Shown here piece by piece: positions 1 through 8,667 of a stretch of 64,000 bases of DNA (position 1 is its first letter; every line of letters starts with the position of its first letter). The DNA comes from Dehalococcoidia bacterium (GTDB lineage: Bacteria > Chloroflexota > Dehalococcoidia > SZUA-161 > SpSt-899): the NCBI GenBank assembly GCA_034434815.1, contig DAOTYO010000005.1, positions 13,118 to 77,117 of the forward strand, read 5' to 3'. Both the position numbers and the translations under genes were made by a program. The notes below the pieces were generated by a model. The model searched no databases. It worked only from the letters and a program-made list of their open reading frames with translations, and had not been told where the DNA came from.

Positions 1-29
1 CATCGATGCGCACAGGGGTGGGCATCCTC

Positions 30-470
30 CTAGAGAACTTTCGAATAGTCAATCAAACGGCCGTGTTCAAAACCCAAGGATTCGAACAGGGCCTGAAGCT
101 GAGCATCGTGACGATCTACGAGCACCCGAACTCTCCCGGCCCCCTTTTGCCGGGCACACTCCATGAGCGCCCGGATGAGTCGGGTAGCAATCCCCTTTCT
201 CCGATAAAGCGGTTCAACCCCCAGAGTTTGAATGAGGCACACCTCGTCTGCATACTCTGGAACATAGTTGATGGCGGCAAGTATGAATCCGATGATCCGG
301 CCCTCGGATTCCGCTACGAAACTGCACCCGAGCTGGCCGCCGATGAATCCGTTGATGAGATTCGTATAGGTAAATGCCCGTTCCATCGCCGTGATCTTGC
401 GATCCAGTTCGAAGACGGCATCGATATCTTCAGGTTGCATCGGTCGGATGCGGATGCCAGCGCTCTCCAT
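30..470 (-). CDS. GNAT family N-acetyltransferase (RimI-like)
   Basis: 146 aa; acetyl-CoA binding-like motifs (IRPMQPEDIDAVFELD ... LGVEPLYRRKGIATRLI); the overlapping + strand ORF 6..572 has no recognisable features. Confidence 0.75.
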   Translation of the reverse strand: MESAGIRIRPMQPEDIDAVFELDRKITAMERAFTYTNLINGFIGGQLGCSFVAESEGRIIGFILAAINYVPEYADEVCLIQTLGVEPLYRRKGIATRLIRALMECARQKGAGRVRVLVDRHDAQLQALFESLGFEHGRLIDYSKVL

Positions 471-505
471 TTTCTTTATCGCTCCCGATTCGATCCGGCG
501 CCCGC

Positions 506-1087
506 CTACAAACCCTTTCCGTATTCTGACCGCTCCAGATGTCTCACGCTCGCGGGGTCGGTGGTCACGTAGAGCTCGCCGCCGATGAACAGAGCGGGCT
601 TCACCTTCCCGAGGTCCAGTATGCCGGCTGGGGTAAAGCGCGTTTCATCGAAATGCGTGGCTACAATCTCCCCGATGAACCATTCGTGGTCGCCGCAAGT
701 GTGATGGTCATACAGCTTGCACTCGTAGGCGGCGTAGGCATCCTTCAAAATAGGTGCGGAGGTTTTGAGCGGCTTCTCCTTGGCAAGATGGAACTTCGCG
801 AATTTGTCCACCTTCCTACCAAGGCTCCCCCCCACCGCCGCAACCAACTCGGCCTTCTCGAGCGGCATGAAGTTGACGGCGAATTCCCCGGCTTCGAGGA
901 TGAGCTCGTAGGTATACCGCTTGGGCGCGATGGAGACCCCGAAAAGAGGCGGATTGAAGGAGATGGAGCTATGCCATGCCACTGCCATGGCATTGTCCTT
1001 TCCGCGGGCATGGCAAGTAACGATGAGCGCAAGCCGCGGATAGTGATGGTGAAAATTCCCGGGACCTTCAAGGCATTGCATGGTCAT
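506..1087 (-). CDS. flavin reductase-like domain protein
   Basis: Flavin reductase family signature (LALIVTCHARGKDNAMAVAWHS ...). Start moved to ATG at 1087, preceded by GGAGGAAG; the track ORF begins at 1105. Confidence 0.7.
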   Translation of the reverse strand: MTMQCLEGPGNFHHHYPRLALIVTCHARGKDNAMAVAWHSSISFNPPLFGVSIAPKRYTYELILEAGEFAVNFMPLEKAELVAAVGGSLGRKVDKFAKFHLAKEKPLKTSAPILKDAYAAYECKLYDHHTCGDHEWFIGEIVATHFDETRFTPAGILDLGKVKPALFIGGELYVTTDPASVRHLERSEYGKGL

Positions 1088-1278
1088 CTCTTCCTCCCTG
1101 CGCACTCATTTCCCCTTGCCCAGACGCTTGAGCACGGAATCGCGATAGATCCGGGCCAATCCCTTGCCATGATGCTGCATCTTACGTCGGCGCTTGAGCC
1201 GACGCTCCTCCCGACGCTCTTGCCGGGTCTTCTCGTCATCCATGTTCGATCAACCCCGCCCCCGGAGAAGGGAAGGCC

Positions 1279-2508
1279 TCAGACGATCCCGTCCTCACGC
1301 AAGCGGCGCACCTCCTCCGCGGAATACCCCGCGATCTCCCGGAGTACCTCCTCTGTGTGCTCACCCAAGCGGGGGGAAGGAAATCTGGTTCCCGCCCACG
1401 CGCGGCCAAAGTGGCTCGGGTAACCGGGGATTCTAACCCTGCCCCGCTCCGGATGATCGAATTCAACGATATATCCATTGGCCAGAACCTGTGGATCCTC
1501 GGCGAGCTCCGAGGGCCGGTTGACTTCACAGCATACGAAATCATTCGCTTTCAAAATCGAAAGCCACTCATCCCGAGGGCGCGTGGCAAAGATCTCATCG
1601 AGGAGGGGGACGAGCGTTTCGGCATTGGCCAAGCGCTTTTCGTCCGTGGCAAACCGCGGATCCGCGGCCAGTTCCGGATGGCCCAGCACCGTGCACAATT
1701 TTTTCCACTGGCTTTGGCGCTTCTGGGCCGGAATGGTGATGATGAGCCAGCGGTCATCAGCGCAACGATAGTAGTTGCGCGTGGCATGTTCCTTGGTCCG
1801 CACATGCCGGGGGATCTCCATATTCCCCACAAGCGCCGTGAACACATTGATGTAATGCAAATAGATGCCGGTCCCGAGCATCGAGATGTGGATCTCCTGC
1901 CCGATGCCGGTCCGTTCCCTCATGAAGAGCGCGGCAAGGATCTCGTGGCTGGCCATGATGGCCGTGGCCTGATCCATGATCCCGAACTGGGAAACGAGCG
2001 GAGGCATTCCCTCCTCACCTACCGCCCACATGAGCCCCGACCTTCCTTGCCCCTGATAATCGAACCCGCCCCGATCGGCGTCAGGTCCGTTGGGCCCATA
2101 CGCGGAGATATAAGCGTAAATGATGCGCGGGTTAGCGTTCGAAACTGCGGGATAACCCATCCGGGCGGATTCGACCCGCGCCCGCCGGAAATTGGTGATG
2201 AACACATCGGACCGCTCGACGAGACGATAGATCGCCCGCCGACCCTCTTCGCGATCGATATCGATGGCGATGCTCTTCTTGCCGCGATTGGCGCACTCAT
2301 TCCAAAGGCTTTCCCCATTGGCCATGCGGAAGGAGCTGCGGTTGATCAGAAATTGCCCTCGCGAAGGGTCTCCTTTGCCGGGCTGCTCGATCTTGATCAC
2401 CTCCGCCCCCAGATCGGCGAGGATGGCCGCAGCCCCCGGGCCGGCGTGATAGGCCCCCCATTCCAGCACACGGATTCCCTGTAGCGGTTGAAGCATATGC
2501 GCCTGCAT
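1279..2508 (-). CDS. CoA transferase family III (CaiB/BaiF-like)
   Basis: N-terminal LQGIRVLEWGAYHAGPGAAAILADLGAEVIKIE is typical of family III CoA-transferases. Start trimmed to the internal Met (MQAHMLQPLQG); the longer track ORF would run into the neighbouring gene. Confidence 0.75.
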   Translation of the reverse strand: MQAHMLQPLQGIRVLEWGAYHAGPGAAAILADLGAEVIKIEQPGKGDPSRGQFLINRSSFRMANGESLWNECANRGKKSIAIDIDREEGRRAIYRLVERSDVFITNFRRARVESARMGYPAVSNANPRIIYAYISAYGPNGPDADRGGFDYQGQGRSGLMWAVGEEGMPPLVSQFGIMDQATAIMASHEILAALFMRERTGIGQEIHISMLGTGIYLHYINVFTALVGNMEIPRHVRTKEHATRNYYRCADDRWLIITIPAQKRQSQWKKLCTVLGHPELAADPRFATDEKRLANAETLVPLLDEIFATRPRDEWLSILKANDFVCCEVNRPSELAEDPQVLANGYIVEFDHPERGRVRIPGYPSHFGRAWAGTRFPSPRLGEHTEEVLREIAGYSAEEVRRLREDGIV

Positions 2509-2510
2509 GC

Positions 2511-3710
2511 CTATCGCTGGTATCGGCGCACAAAACGCCGCATCCGCTCGAGGGCTTCTTCGATTTCGGGGAGAGAAACCGCATAACAACAACGGACATG
2601 CCCTTCCCCGCATCTGCCGAAAGCCGACCCCGGGATGACCGCTACCTTCTCTTCTCTCAAGAGCCGCTCGGCGAACTCCTCGGAGGAGAGCCCGGTCGAG
2701 ACGACGGAGGGGAACGCATAGAACGCTCCTTGCGGCTCGATGCACGAAAGCCCGATCTCATTCAGACCCTTCACGATTACCCTTCGGCGGCGATCGTACT
2801 CGGCGATCATCCGCTGCACCGCTTCCTCGCCGTTCCGGATCGCTTCGATAGCGGCCATCTGGCTCATGATCGAGGTACACATCATGACATACTGGTGCAC
2901 CTTCATCATGGCCTCGATGATATCGGGGCGGGAGGCGGCATATCCCACCCGCCAGCCGGTCATGGCATAGGCCTTGGAAAAGCCGTTGATAAGGATGGTA
3001 CGTTCTTGCATCCCCGGCAAGCTGGCAAAACAGGTGTGCTCCACCCCATAGACCAACCGATCGTAAATCTCATCGGAGATGACCATAAGATCATGCCGCC
3101 GGATCACCTCAGCGATGCGCTCAAGCTCCCGCCGGTCCATCACGGCGCCGGTGGGATTGTTCGGAAAGCCCAGAAGAACGGCCTTGGTTCTGGGGGTGAT
3201 GCGCTTCTCAATCTCCTCGGCACTGACCTTGAACCCGCTCGCCCCGGAGGTCGGCACGGGAACTACCGTCCCTCCGGTGAGCACGGTACACGGCATATAG
3301 GCTACATATCCGGGATCAGGGATGATCACCTCCTCCCCCGGATTGACGAGAGCCCGCATGGCCAGATCAAGCGCTTCGCTCGATCCGGTGGTAATCAGAA
3401 TTTGGTTCTTCGGATCATAGGAAACACCGTAGCGGGCACGAAGGTGATCGGCCAGCGCCTGACGGAGCTCGATCAGGCCATAGTTCGAGGTGTACATCGT
3501 ATAGCCCTTCTCGATGGCGTAAATGCCCGCCTCCGAGATGTGCCATGGGGTGGGGAAATCCGGCTCCCCAACCCCCAGCGAGATGACGCCTTCAAGGGAG
3601 GCGATCAAATCAAAATACTTCCGGATGCCGGAGGCGGGAATCTCGCGCACCCGCTGGGCGACCGGGCTCAAAGTATTCATACCCACTGCCGGCTTTCGAG
3701 GACTTTCCAT
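2511..3710 (-). CDS. class I/II PLP-dependent aminotransferase (aspartate/aromatic aminotransferase-like)
   Basis: GVGEPDFPTPWHI, NPTGAV, FSKAYAMTGWRVGY (PLP-lysine region) motifs; start set at MESPRKPAVGMNTLSP. Confidence 0.8.
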   Translation of the reverse strand: MESPRKPAVGMNTLSPVAQRVREIPASGIRKYFDLIASLEGVISLGVGEPDFPTPWHISEAGIYAIEKGYTMYTSNYGLIELRQALADHLRARYGVSYDPKNQILITTGSSEALDLAMRALVNPGEEVIIPDPGYVAYMPCTVLTGGTVVPVPTSGASGFKVSAEEIEKRITPRTKAVLLGFPNNPTGAVMDRRELERIAEVIRRHDLMVISDEIYDRLVYGVEHTCFASLPGMQERTILINGFSKAYAMTGWRVGYAASRPDIIEAMMKVHQYVMMCTSIMSQMAAIEAIRNGEEAVQRMIAEYDRRRRVIVKGLNEIGLSCIEPQGAFYAFPSVVSTGLSSEEFAERLLREEKVAVIPGSAFGRCGEGHVRCCYAVSLPEIEEALERMRRFVRRYQR

Positions 3711-4051
3711 GGTTCTAATGATACCCGATAATCGGCCACTTGGGGAATCCCGCCCCCCGGGCTTCAGATCCCGACATATCTCCTCCGGGCCCGCACCCCG
3801 GATATCGCCTTCTGGTACTTTCGATTGGCCTTCCCCCGTACCTTTCCGACTTGCGGCCGTCCCCGGGTTTTGGGTATAATCGTTTACAAAATTTTTATGA
3901 CCCATTTACCCCCACCGGGGCTCTCGCATCGAAAGGGGGTGGTCGCGAAAAGCCAACGGTAATAGAGAGATCCTGAGAATCGAAGGGGCAAGGTAAATCC
4001 AATCACGGTCGAAAGTGTAGCAAAAGCATAAATAAGTGGAGGTAAAGTATT

Positions 4052-5158
4052 ATGAAAAGAACTATTCTTCTTGCGTTGATCCTCGCCCTCATCAGTGCAG
4101 TGGCCCTCCCCGCGATTTCAAGCGGGAGTCAAGCACAGGCATGGGGAAATACGAATCCCCAAGTCGGATGTGATACTACGCAACTCACGTTCCATGCGAT
4201 CAAAGGGGTCAACCCGGGCAGTCAAACGATGGGGGTCTATAATGCCGGCACCGGCACGCTCTGGTGGAAGACCACCGACAACGTTTCATGGCTCAGCACC
4301 TCACCGAGTTCCGGTAGCTCGAACGGCGAGGTGGACAAGGTATCCGTCATCGTGAACTCGAAGAACATGGCGGTAGGCACCTATGCCGCCACGATCACCG
4401 TTGCTCCCGCTTTCCTTCGAGGGGCTTCCGTCAACGTGGCGGTCACCTTGGTGATCGAGGAACCCCAGCGGGTGGGACCCATTCTGCTGGGGCTTGAGCG
4501 GATCACCAAGCCGGATACCTATCGCGGACAAGGCGCGTGGCTCCTCGTGGGGGCTTCGGGGCTCAACGATCTCTCGAATGCGGGAATCGAGTTGGCGGCC
4601 AAGGATTCGTGGGAGATGTCCGTAACATACGGGCAGGATACCGGTTTCGGCTCCATCCCGATCCTCGGCGGTACGCTCACCGGATCCGGGAAGATCCCGA
4701 GCGCTACCATCCTCTCGGGCAGCCTGATCGATCTCGGAATGATGCTCTCCCAAATGGGGATTCAGACCGATAACCTCGGGAAGAACTGGATCGTCATGCT
4801 CAATCTAAAGGGCAACGACGGTTCGTACTTCATGTTCATGGGCATGCTGCTCGAGGATCTCAGCGGACTGATGCGAAACCTGCCCGCCCTCCTGAGCCTG
4901 CTCGGTGGCGGTGGCAGCTCCTCCTCAACCCAGATCTCGATCCGGGAAATCTTCGGCATGATCAACATCGGCGGAGGGGCACTGAATCTTTCCATGGCGC
5001 CGCTCATGGATATCGTCTCCGCCCTCATGCCGGTGATGAACAACCTCCTGCCCAAGCTCACGCCACTTCTCAGCCTGATCGAGCCGCTTCTGGCATATGT
5101 CCCGCCGATCATGGTCCTGATGCCGCCGGAGATCATGCTGAAATTGATGCCCATGTAA
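4052..5158 (+). CDS. secreted protein with N-terminal BACON-like beta-sandwich domain and Met/Pro/Leu-rich C-terminal tail
   Basis: Signal peptide MKRTILLALILALISAVALPA; BACON-like pattern (QLTFHAIKGVNPGSQTMGVYNAGTGTLWWKTTDNVSWLS...GTYAATITV); GGAGGT RBS; preceded by an AT-rich promoter region 3906-4051. Confidence 0.6.
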   Translation: MKRTILLALILALISAVALPAISSGSQAQAWGNTNPQVGCDTTQLTFHAIKGVNPGSQTMGVYNAGTGTLWWKTTDNVSWLSTSPSSGSSNGEVDKVSVIVNSKNMAVGTYAATITVAPAFLRGASVNVAVTLVIEEPQRVGPILLGLERITKPDTYRGQGAWLLVGASGLNDLSNAGIELAAKDSWEMSVTYGQDTGFGSIPILGGTLTGSGKIPSATILSGSLIDLGMMLSQMGIQTDNLGKNWIVMLNLKGNDGSYFMFMGMLLEDLSGLMRNLPALLSLLGGGGSSSSTQISIREIFGMINIGGGALNLSMAPLMDIVSALMPVMNNLLPKLTPLLSLIEPLLAYVPPIMVLMPPEIMLKLMPM

Positions 5159-5258
5159 AGCTCGAAACCCTTCGTGCTTCCTCCTTGGAAAACTTGGCCG
5201 TCCGGGAGATCCTTCCCCGGGCGGCCAAGTCGTTTCTGCAGAGAGGAGATAAAAGCGC

Positions 5259-6539
5259 CTACGGTTCGAGTACGGCCACGTGCCATCCGGGATCAACCCG
5301 GAAGAGATCCTTTCGCTGACCATCCGCGCGCTGAATGCCATAGCAATCGCCGCCGTAGCGCTTGGTTTCCGTGAAACTGTATCGTTGCACCCCATCCACC
5401 ACGAACGTGAAATTCCGGGCCGCATCATAGAGCGCTGCGGGACTGAAATTCTCCGCCCCTACGTTCTCCACAGCCTTCTTCACGATCTCCAACATCATGA
5501 CAAAGTTCTCCACCGCCAGATATCCGCAACCATTCCTTCTGATCTCGGTGGCTTTGCCGGGATGATTCTCCTCGAGAAGCTTGCGTGTGAGGTCAACGAT
5601 CGTTCCCTCTTCGTTCCACCACTGAGAGAGGCGGATGAAGAGCATCCCATCAGCTTCGTCCCAGAGATCAGCGGAATCGAACATTCCGGTGAAAGCCGCA
5701 TGGACATCGGTCCCAAGAAATGTCCCCTTATCCGTGAGCTCGCGGAATTCCCGAATGAAGATATTGGGGGGACAGGGCGCATAAACATAGTCGCAGCCTT
5801 TGAGGCCCTGAACCTCCGTATCCCACCGGAAGTTGAAATTCGTGAGATACCCCGTCACCCACTGGAACTGATCCGGATGGGCCTTGGCATACTTCTGGGC
5901 CGCTTCGAACCAAGCGTTGGAATAGGCCTCGGTCCATGCCGCTCCCCCAATCTTGGCCGGCCCCTTGGTATGATAGTCCCAATCGTTCTTCGCGATCCAA
6001 TCGAGAAGGGTGTAAGCCTCGTACTGGGGTAGTGTACCGAGGGTGAATACATATCCGGGCGGAGTCAAATCCTCCATGCCGGCCGCCGCGGTAAACAGTG
6101 GCATGCGGTCACTGTTCACACGTCCCTTGAGAGGCCTCACGGCGAGGGTCACAGGGGTCCAAATGATATCCGCGCCCTTCTCGATGAGCCACTCGTATCC
6201 CGGAATGGCTTTGGCCGGATCATACTGCGTATCATACGAAAGGACCTTCAGCCTCACCCCCGGGATGAGCTCGTTATCGTTGTAATACTTGACCACATCT
6301 TCGAGAGCCATGTTGATAACTTCCATGGCGGTGGAAGCGACGCCGGTGACATCGGTGATATTGCCGATAATGAGGGTGACCTTCTCATCCGACGCCGATG
6401 GCGCTCCCTGTGAATCAGCGGAGACCGGGCGGGCATTCACCTCCGTCTCCGTTTTTTCCGATCCCCCACAGCCGAAGCCAACGACCACCGCCATAACCAG
6501 AAACATCGCCACCAAAACACTTGCTATCCGCGTCCCCAT
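5259..6539 (-). CDS. ABC transporter substrate-binding lipoprotein (branched-chain amino acid / LivK-type periplasmic binding protein family)
   Basis: Lipoprotein signal MGTRIASVLVAMFLVMAVVVGFGC at the start chosen after a GGAGG RBS; type-I periplasmic binding fold composition; the track ORF has a 35-aa upstream extension. Confidence 0.7.
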   Translation of the reverse strand: MGTRIASVLVAMFLVMAVVVGFGCGGSEKTETEVNARPVSADSQGAPSASDEKVTLIIGNITDVTGVASTAMEVINMALEDVVKYYNDNELIPGVRLKVLSYDTQYDPAKAIPGYEWLIEKGADIIWTPVTLAVRPLKGRVNSDRMPLFTAAAGMEDLTPPGYVFTLGTLPQYEAYTLLDWIAKNDWDYHTKGPAKIGGAAWTEAYSNAWFEAAQKYAKAHPDQFQWVTGYLTNFNFRWDTEVQGLKGCDYVYAPCPPNIFIREFRELTDKGTFLGTDVHAAFTGMFDSADLWDEADGMLFIRLSQWWNEEGTIVDLTRKLLEENHPGKATEIRRNGCGYLAVENFVMMLEIVKKAVENVGAENFSPAALYDAARNFTFVVDGVQRYSFTETKRYGGDCYGIQRADGQRKDLFRVDPGWHVAVLEP

Positions 6540-6666
6540 CTTCTGCCTCCGTCTTTTTGTGATGATAGAATACGAACTGTGATCAGGGGAAAGAAAGATA
6601 CGAGAGGTTAGGGGGATTATAAAAAAAGAAAGGACAAATGTCAAGCACGGAAATTTCGTCTATAAC

Positions 6667-6881
6667 AGCGATTGAAGAGGAGTGCGCAGAGATGACATCT
6701 CTCGGGGGGATTGGGGATGCTCTCCAAAAACACCCTGTGGGCGGGTAGGGGGAGCGGAGAAGCCTGAGGACATGGAAGATCCCGTGGCAAGGCCCGGAAT
6801 GAGATCATCATGGGCATTCCCCCTGAGGGTGAAGACTGCAAAGCGGAATCGCTGTTTTGGGGGCCACTCCAATCCTTGACA
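6667..6881 (+). repeat. copy A of novel ~215 bp interspersed element (AGCGATTGAAGAAG ... GGGGGTGTCCCCC ... CACCCTGAGGGTG ... GAATCGCT ... TTGACA)
   Basis: Direct sequence similarity to six other loci in this window; ends in a TTGACA -35 box 17 bp upstream of TAAAGT, 24 nt before the cobO ATG. Confidence 0.8.
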
Positions 6882-6928
6882 CCAAACATGGCCGATGATA
6901 AAGTAAGGCAGCGGCGGGCACAATCGGC

Positions 6929-7459
6929 ATGACGAAAGATCACGTGGGACTCGTCCAAGTCCTGACCGGCAATGGAAGAGGCAAAACTACCGCCGCTCTC
7001 GGGACCGTTCTCCGGGCTGTGGGACAGGGGCTTCATGTTCACATCATTCACTTCATGAAAGGCACATATCCTTACGGCGAGCAAAAGGCCCTCGCGCTCT
7101 TGCCCAATGTGACGGTATCGCGTTTTGGAAAACTGGATTTCGTCGACCCTCGTAACATCAAGGAAGAGGAACGCGAAGAGGCCCGCAAAGCCCTCGCGGC
7201 GAGCAAGGAAGCCATCCACAGCGGGGCCTACGATATGGTAGTGCTCGATGAAATCAACATTGCCTCCGCTTGGGGATTGATCCCGGTCGAAGAGGTGCTC
7301 GAGCTGATCAAAACAAAGCCGGAAGGGGTGGAACTCATTTTGACCGGCCGGTATGCCGATCGGAGGCTCATCGAGGCGGCCGATCTCGTCACCGAAATGG
7401 TCGAGATCAAACACCCTTACCAGAAAGGCATCAAGGCCCGCAAGGGATTCGAATACTGA
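6929..7459 (+). CDS. cobO: cob(I)yrinic acid a,c-diamide adenosyltransferase (ATP:corrinoid adenosyltransferase, CobO/BtuR family)
   Basis: P-loop GNGRGKTTAALG and the VLDEIN motif of the CobA/CobO/BtuR family; 176 aa. Confidence 0.85.
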   Translation: MTKDHVGLVQVLTGNGRGKTTAALGTVLRAVGQGLHVHIIHFMKGTYPYGEQKALALLPNVTVSRFGKLDFVDPRNIKEEEREEARKALAASKEAIHSGAYDMVVLDEINIASAWGLIPVEEVLELIKTKPEGVELILTGRYADRRLIEAADLVTEMVEIKHPYQKGIKARKGFEY

Positions 7460-7477
7460 TCCTCGGAGGGAAAGGAA

Positions 7478-8575
7478 TTGGGAATGATTACGCTGACCGT
7501 GATCAAGGCCGATATCGGCGGGTACGTCGGCCATTCTAGCATGCACCCGGAGATCATGGCTTACGGAAACGAACAACTCGAGAAAGCCAAGGGCCGGGGG
7601 CTTCTGATCGATTTCCATGTCACCCGATGTGGAGATGATCTTCAGCTCATCATGACCCACGATAAGGGCGAAGGCAACGATCGCATCCATCGGCTGGCGT
7701 GGGATACCTTCATGGGCTGCGCCGACTGCGCCCGCAAGCTCAAGCTCTACGGGGCGGGCCAAGACCTCCTGAGCGATGCCTTCTCGGGGACCGTTCGCGG
7801 CATGGGACCCGGTTCCGCGGAAATGGAGTTCGAGGAACGCGTCTCCGAGCCGGTGCTGATCTTCATGGCCGATAAGACCTCCTCCGGCGCATGGAACATG
7901 CCCCTCTACAAGATGTTCGCCGACCCCTTCAACACCATCGGGCTCGTCATCGCCGAGAACATGCACGAAGGTTTCACCTTCGAAGTCCATGATGTGAAGG
8001 GACACAAGAAAGTCACTTTCAATACCCCCGAAGAGATCTACGACATGTTGGTGCTGATCGGGGCGCCTTCGCACTACGCCGTCAAGGCCGTCCGGCACCG
8101 TCCTTCGGGAGAGATCGCGGCCGTTTCCTCCACCGATAAGCTCTTCGAGGTGGCCGGAAGATACGTGGGGAAGGACGACCCCGTGCTCATCGTCCGATGC
8201 CAAGGCAAATTCCCCGCCGTGGGAGAGGCCCTCGAGCCCTTCGCTTTTCCTCAGGCGGTGGAAGGGTGGATGCGCGGCTCCCACTTCGGCCCCTTGATGC
8301 CGGTCCCCCTTCGCCATGCCAATCCATCCCGCTTCGATGGTCCCCCGCGGGTGATATGCATGGGCTTTCAGATCTCCGGCGGCAAGCTCGTGGGCCCGGT
8401 GGATATGTTCGATGACCCGAGCTTCGATGAATCCCGAAGACGGGCCAACGAGGCGGCGGAATACTTCCGAAGGCATGGGCCTTTCGAGCCCCATCGGCTC
8501 CCTCTCGAAGAGATGGAATACACCACCATGCCACAGGTGATGAAGAAGCTTCAAGGGCGGTTCAGCCCCCTCTAG
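7478..8575 (+). CDS. fbp: fructose-1,6-bisphosphate aldolase/phosphatase (class V archaeal-type FBPase)
   Basis: 365 aa; N-terminus MITLTVIKADIGGYVGHS matches the conserved start of bifunctional FBP aldolase/phosphatase; the long antisense ORF 6641..8605 is rejected. Confidence 0.75.
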   Translation: MGMITLTVIKADIGGYVGHSSMHPEIMAYGNEQLEKAKGRGLLIDFHVTRCGDDLQLIMTHDKGEGNDRIHRLAWDTFMGCADCARKLKLYGAGQDLLSDAFSGTVRGMGPGSAEMEFEERVSEPVLIFMADKTSSGAWNMPLYKMFADPFNTIGLVIAENMHEGFTFEVHDVKGHKKVTFNTPEEIYDMLVLIGAPSHYAVKAVRHRPSGEIAAVSSTDKLFEVAGRYVGKDDPVLIVRCQGKFPAVGEALEPFAFPQAVEGWMRGSHFGPLMPVPLRHANPSRFDGPPRVICMGFQISGGKLVGPVDMFDDPSFDESRRRANEAAEYFRRHGPFEPHRLPLEEMEYTTMPQVMKKLQGRFSPL

Positions 8576-8605
8576 CGGCTTCTCCGGCGAAATACACGAT
8601 TCCAC

Positions 8606-8636
8606 AAAAGGGGCGATTTGCGGATCGCCCCTTTTG
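8606..8636 (+). terminator. rho-independent terminator hairpin after fbp
   Basis: AAAAGGGGCGATttgcggATCGCCCCTTTTGCT: 8-bp GC-rich stem followed by a T-run. Confidence 0.7.
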
Positions 8637-8667
8637 CTATGTATACTTAAAGTCAGAAGGACCCCGC

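Noticed and set aside
6-572. 188-aa plus-strand ORF at the window start
   Set aside because: Overlaps the GNAT acetyltransferase gene on the minus strand, which has recognisable acetyl-CoA binding motifs. No features of its own.
6667-6928. Cobalamin riboswitch upstream of cobO as an explanation for repeat copy A
   Set aside because: Position and size fit, but the B12-box (GCCACTG...AGNCAGGANACCTGCC-like) and the conserved GGTG/AGGGAA core are absent. The same sequence also recurs upstream of unrelated genes (livG, aroQ, tRNA-Thr), so it is not a gene-specific riboswitch.
6641-8605. 654-aa minus-strand ORF spanning cobO and fbp
   Set aside because: It has no recognisable domains, whereas the plus strand encodes two clearly homologous proteins (CobO-type adenosyltransferase and FBP aldolase/phosphatase). 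Long antisense ORFs are expected at 60% GC.
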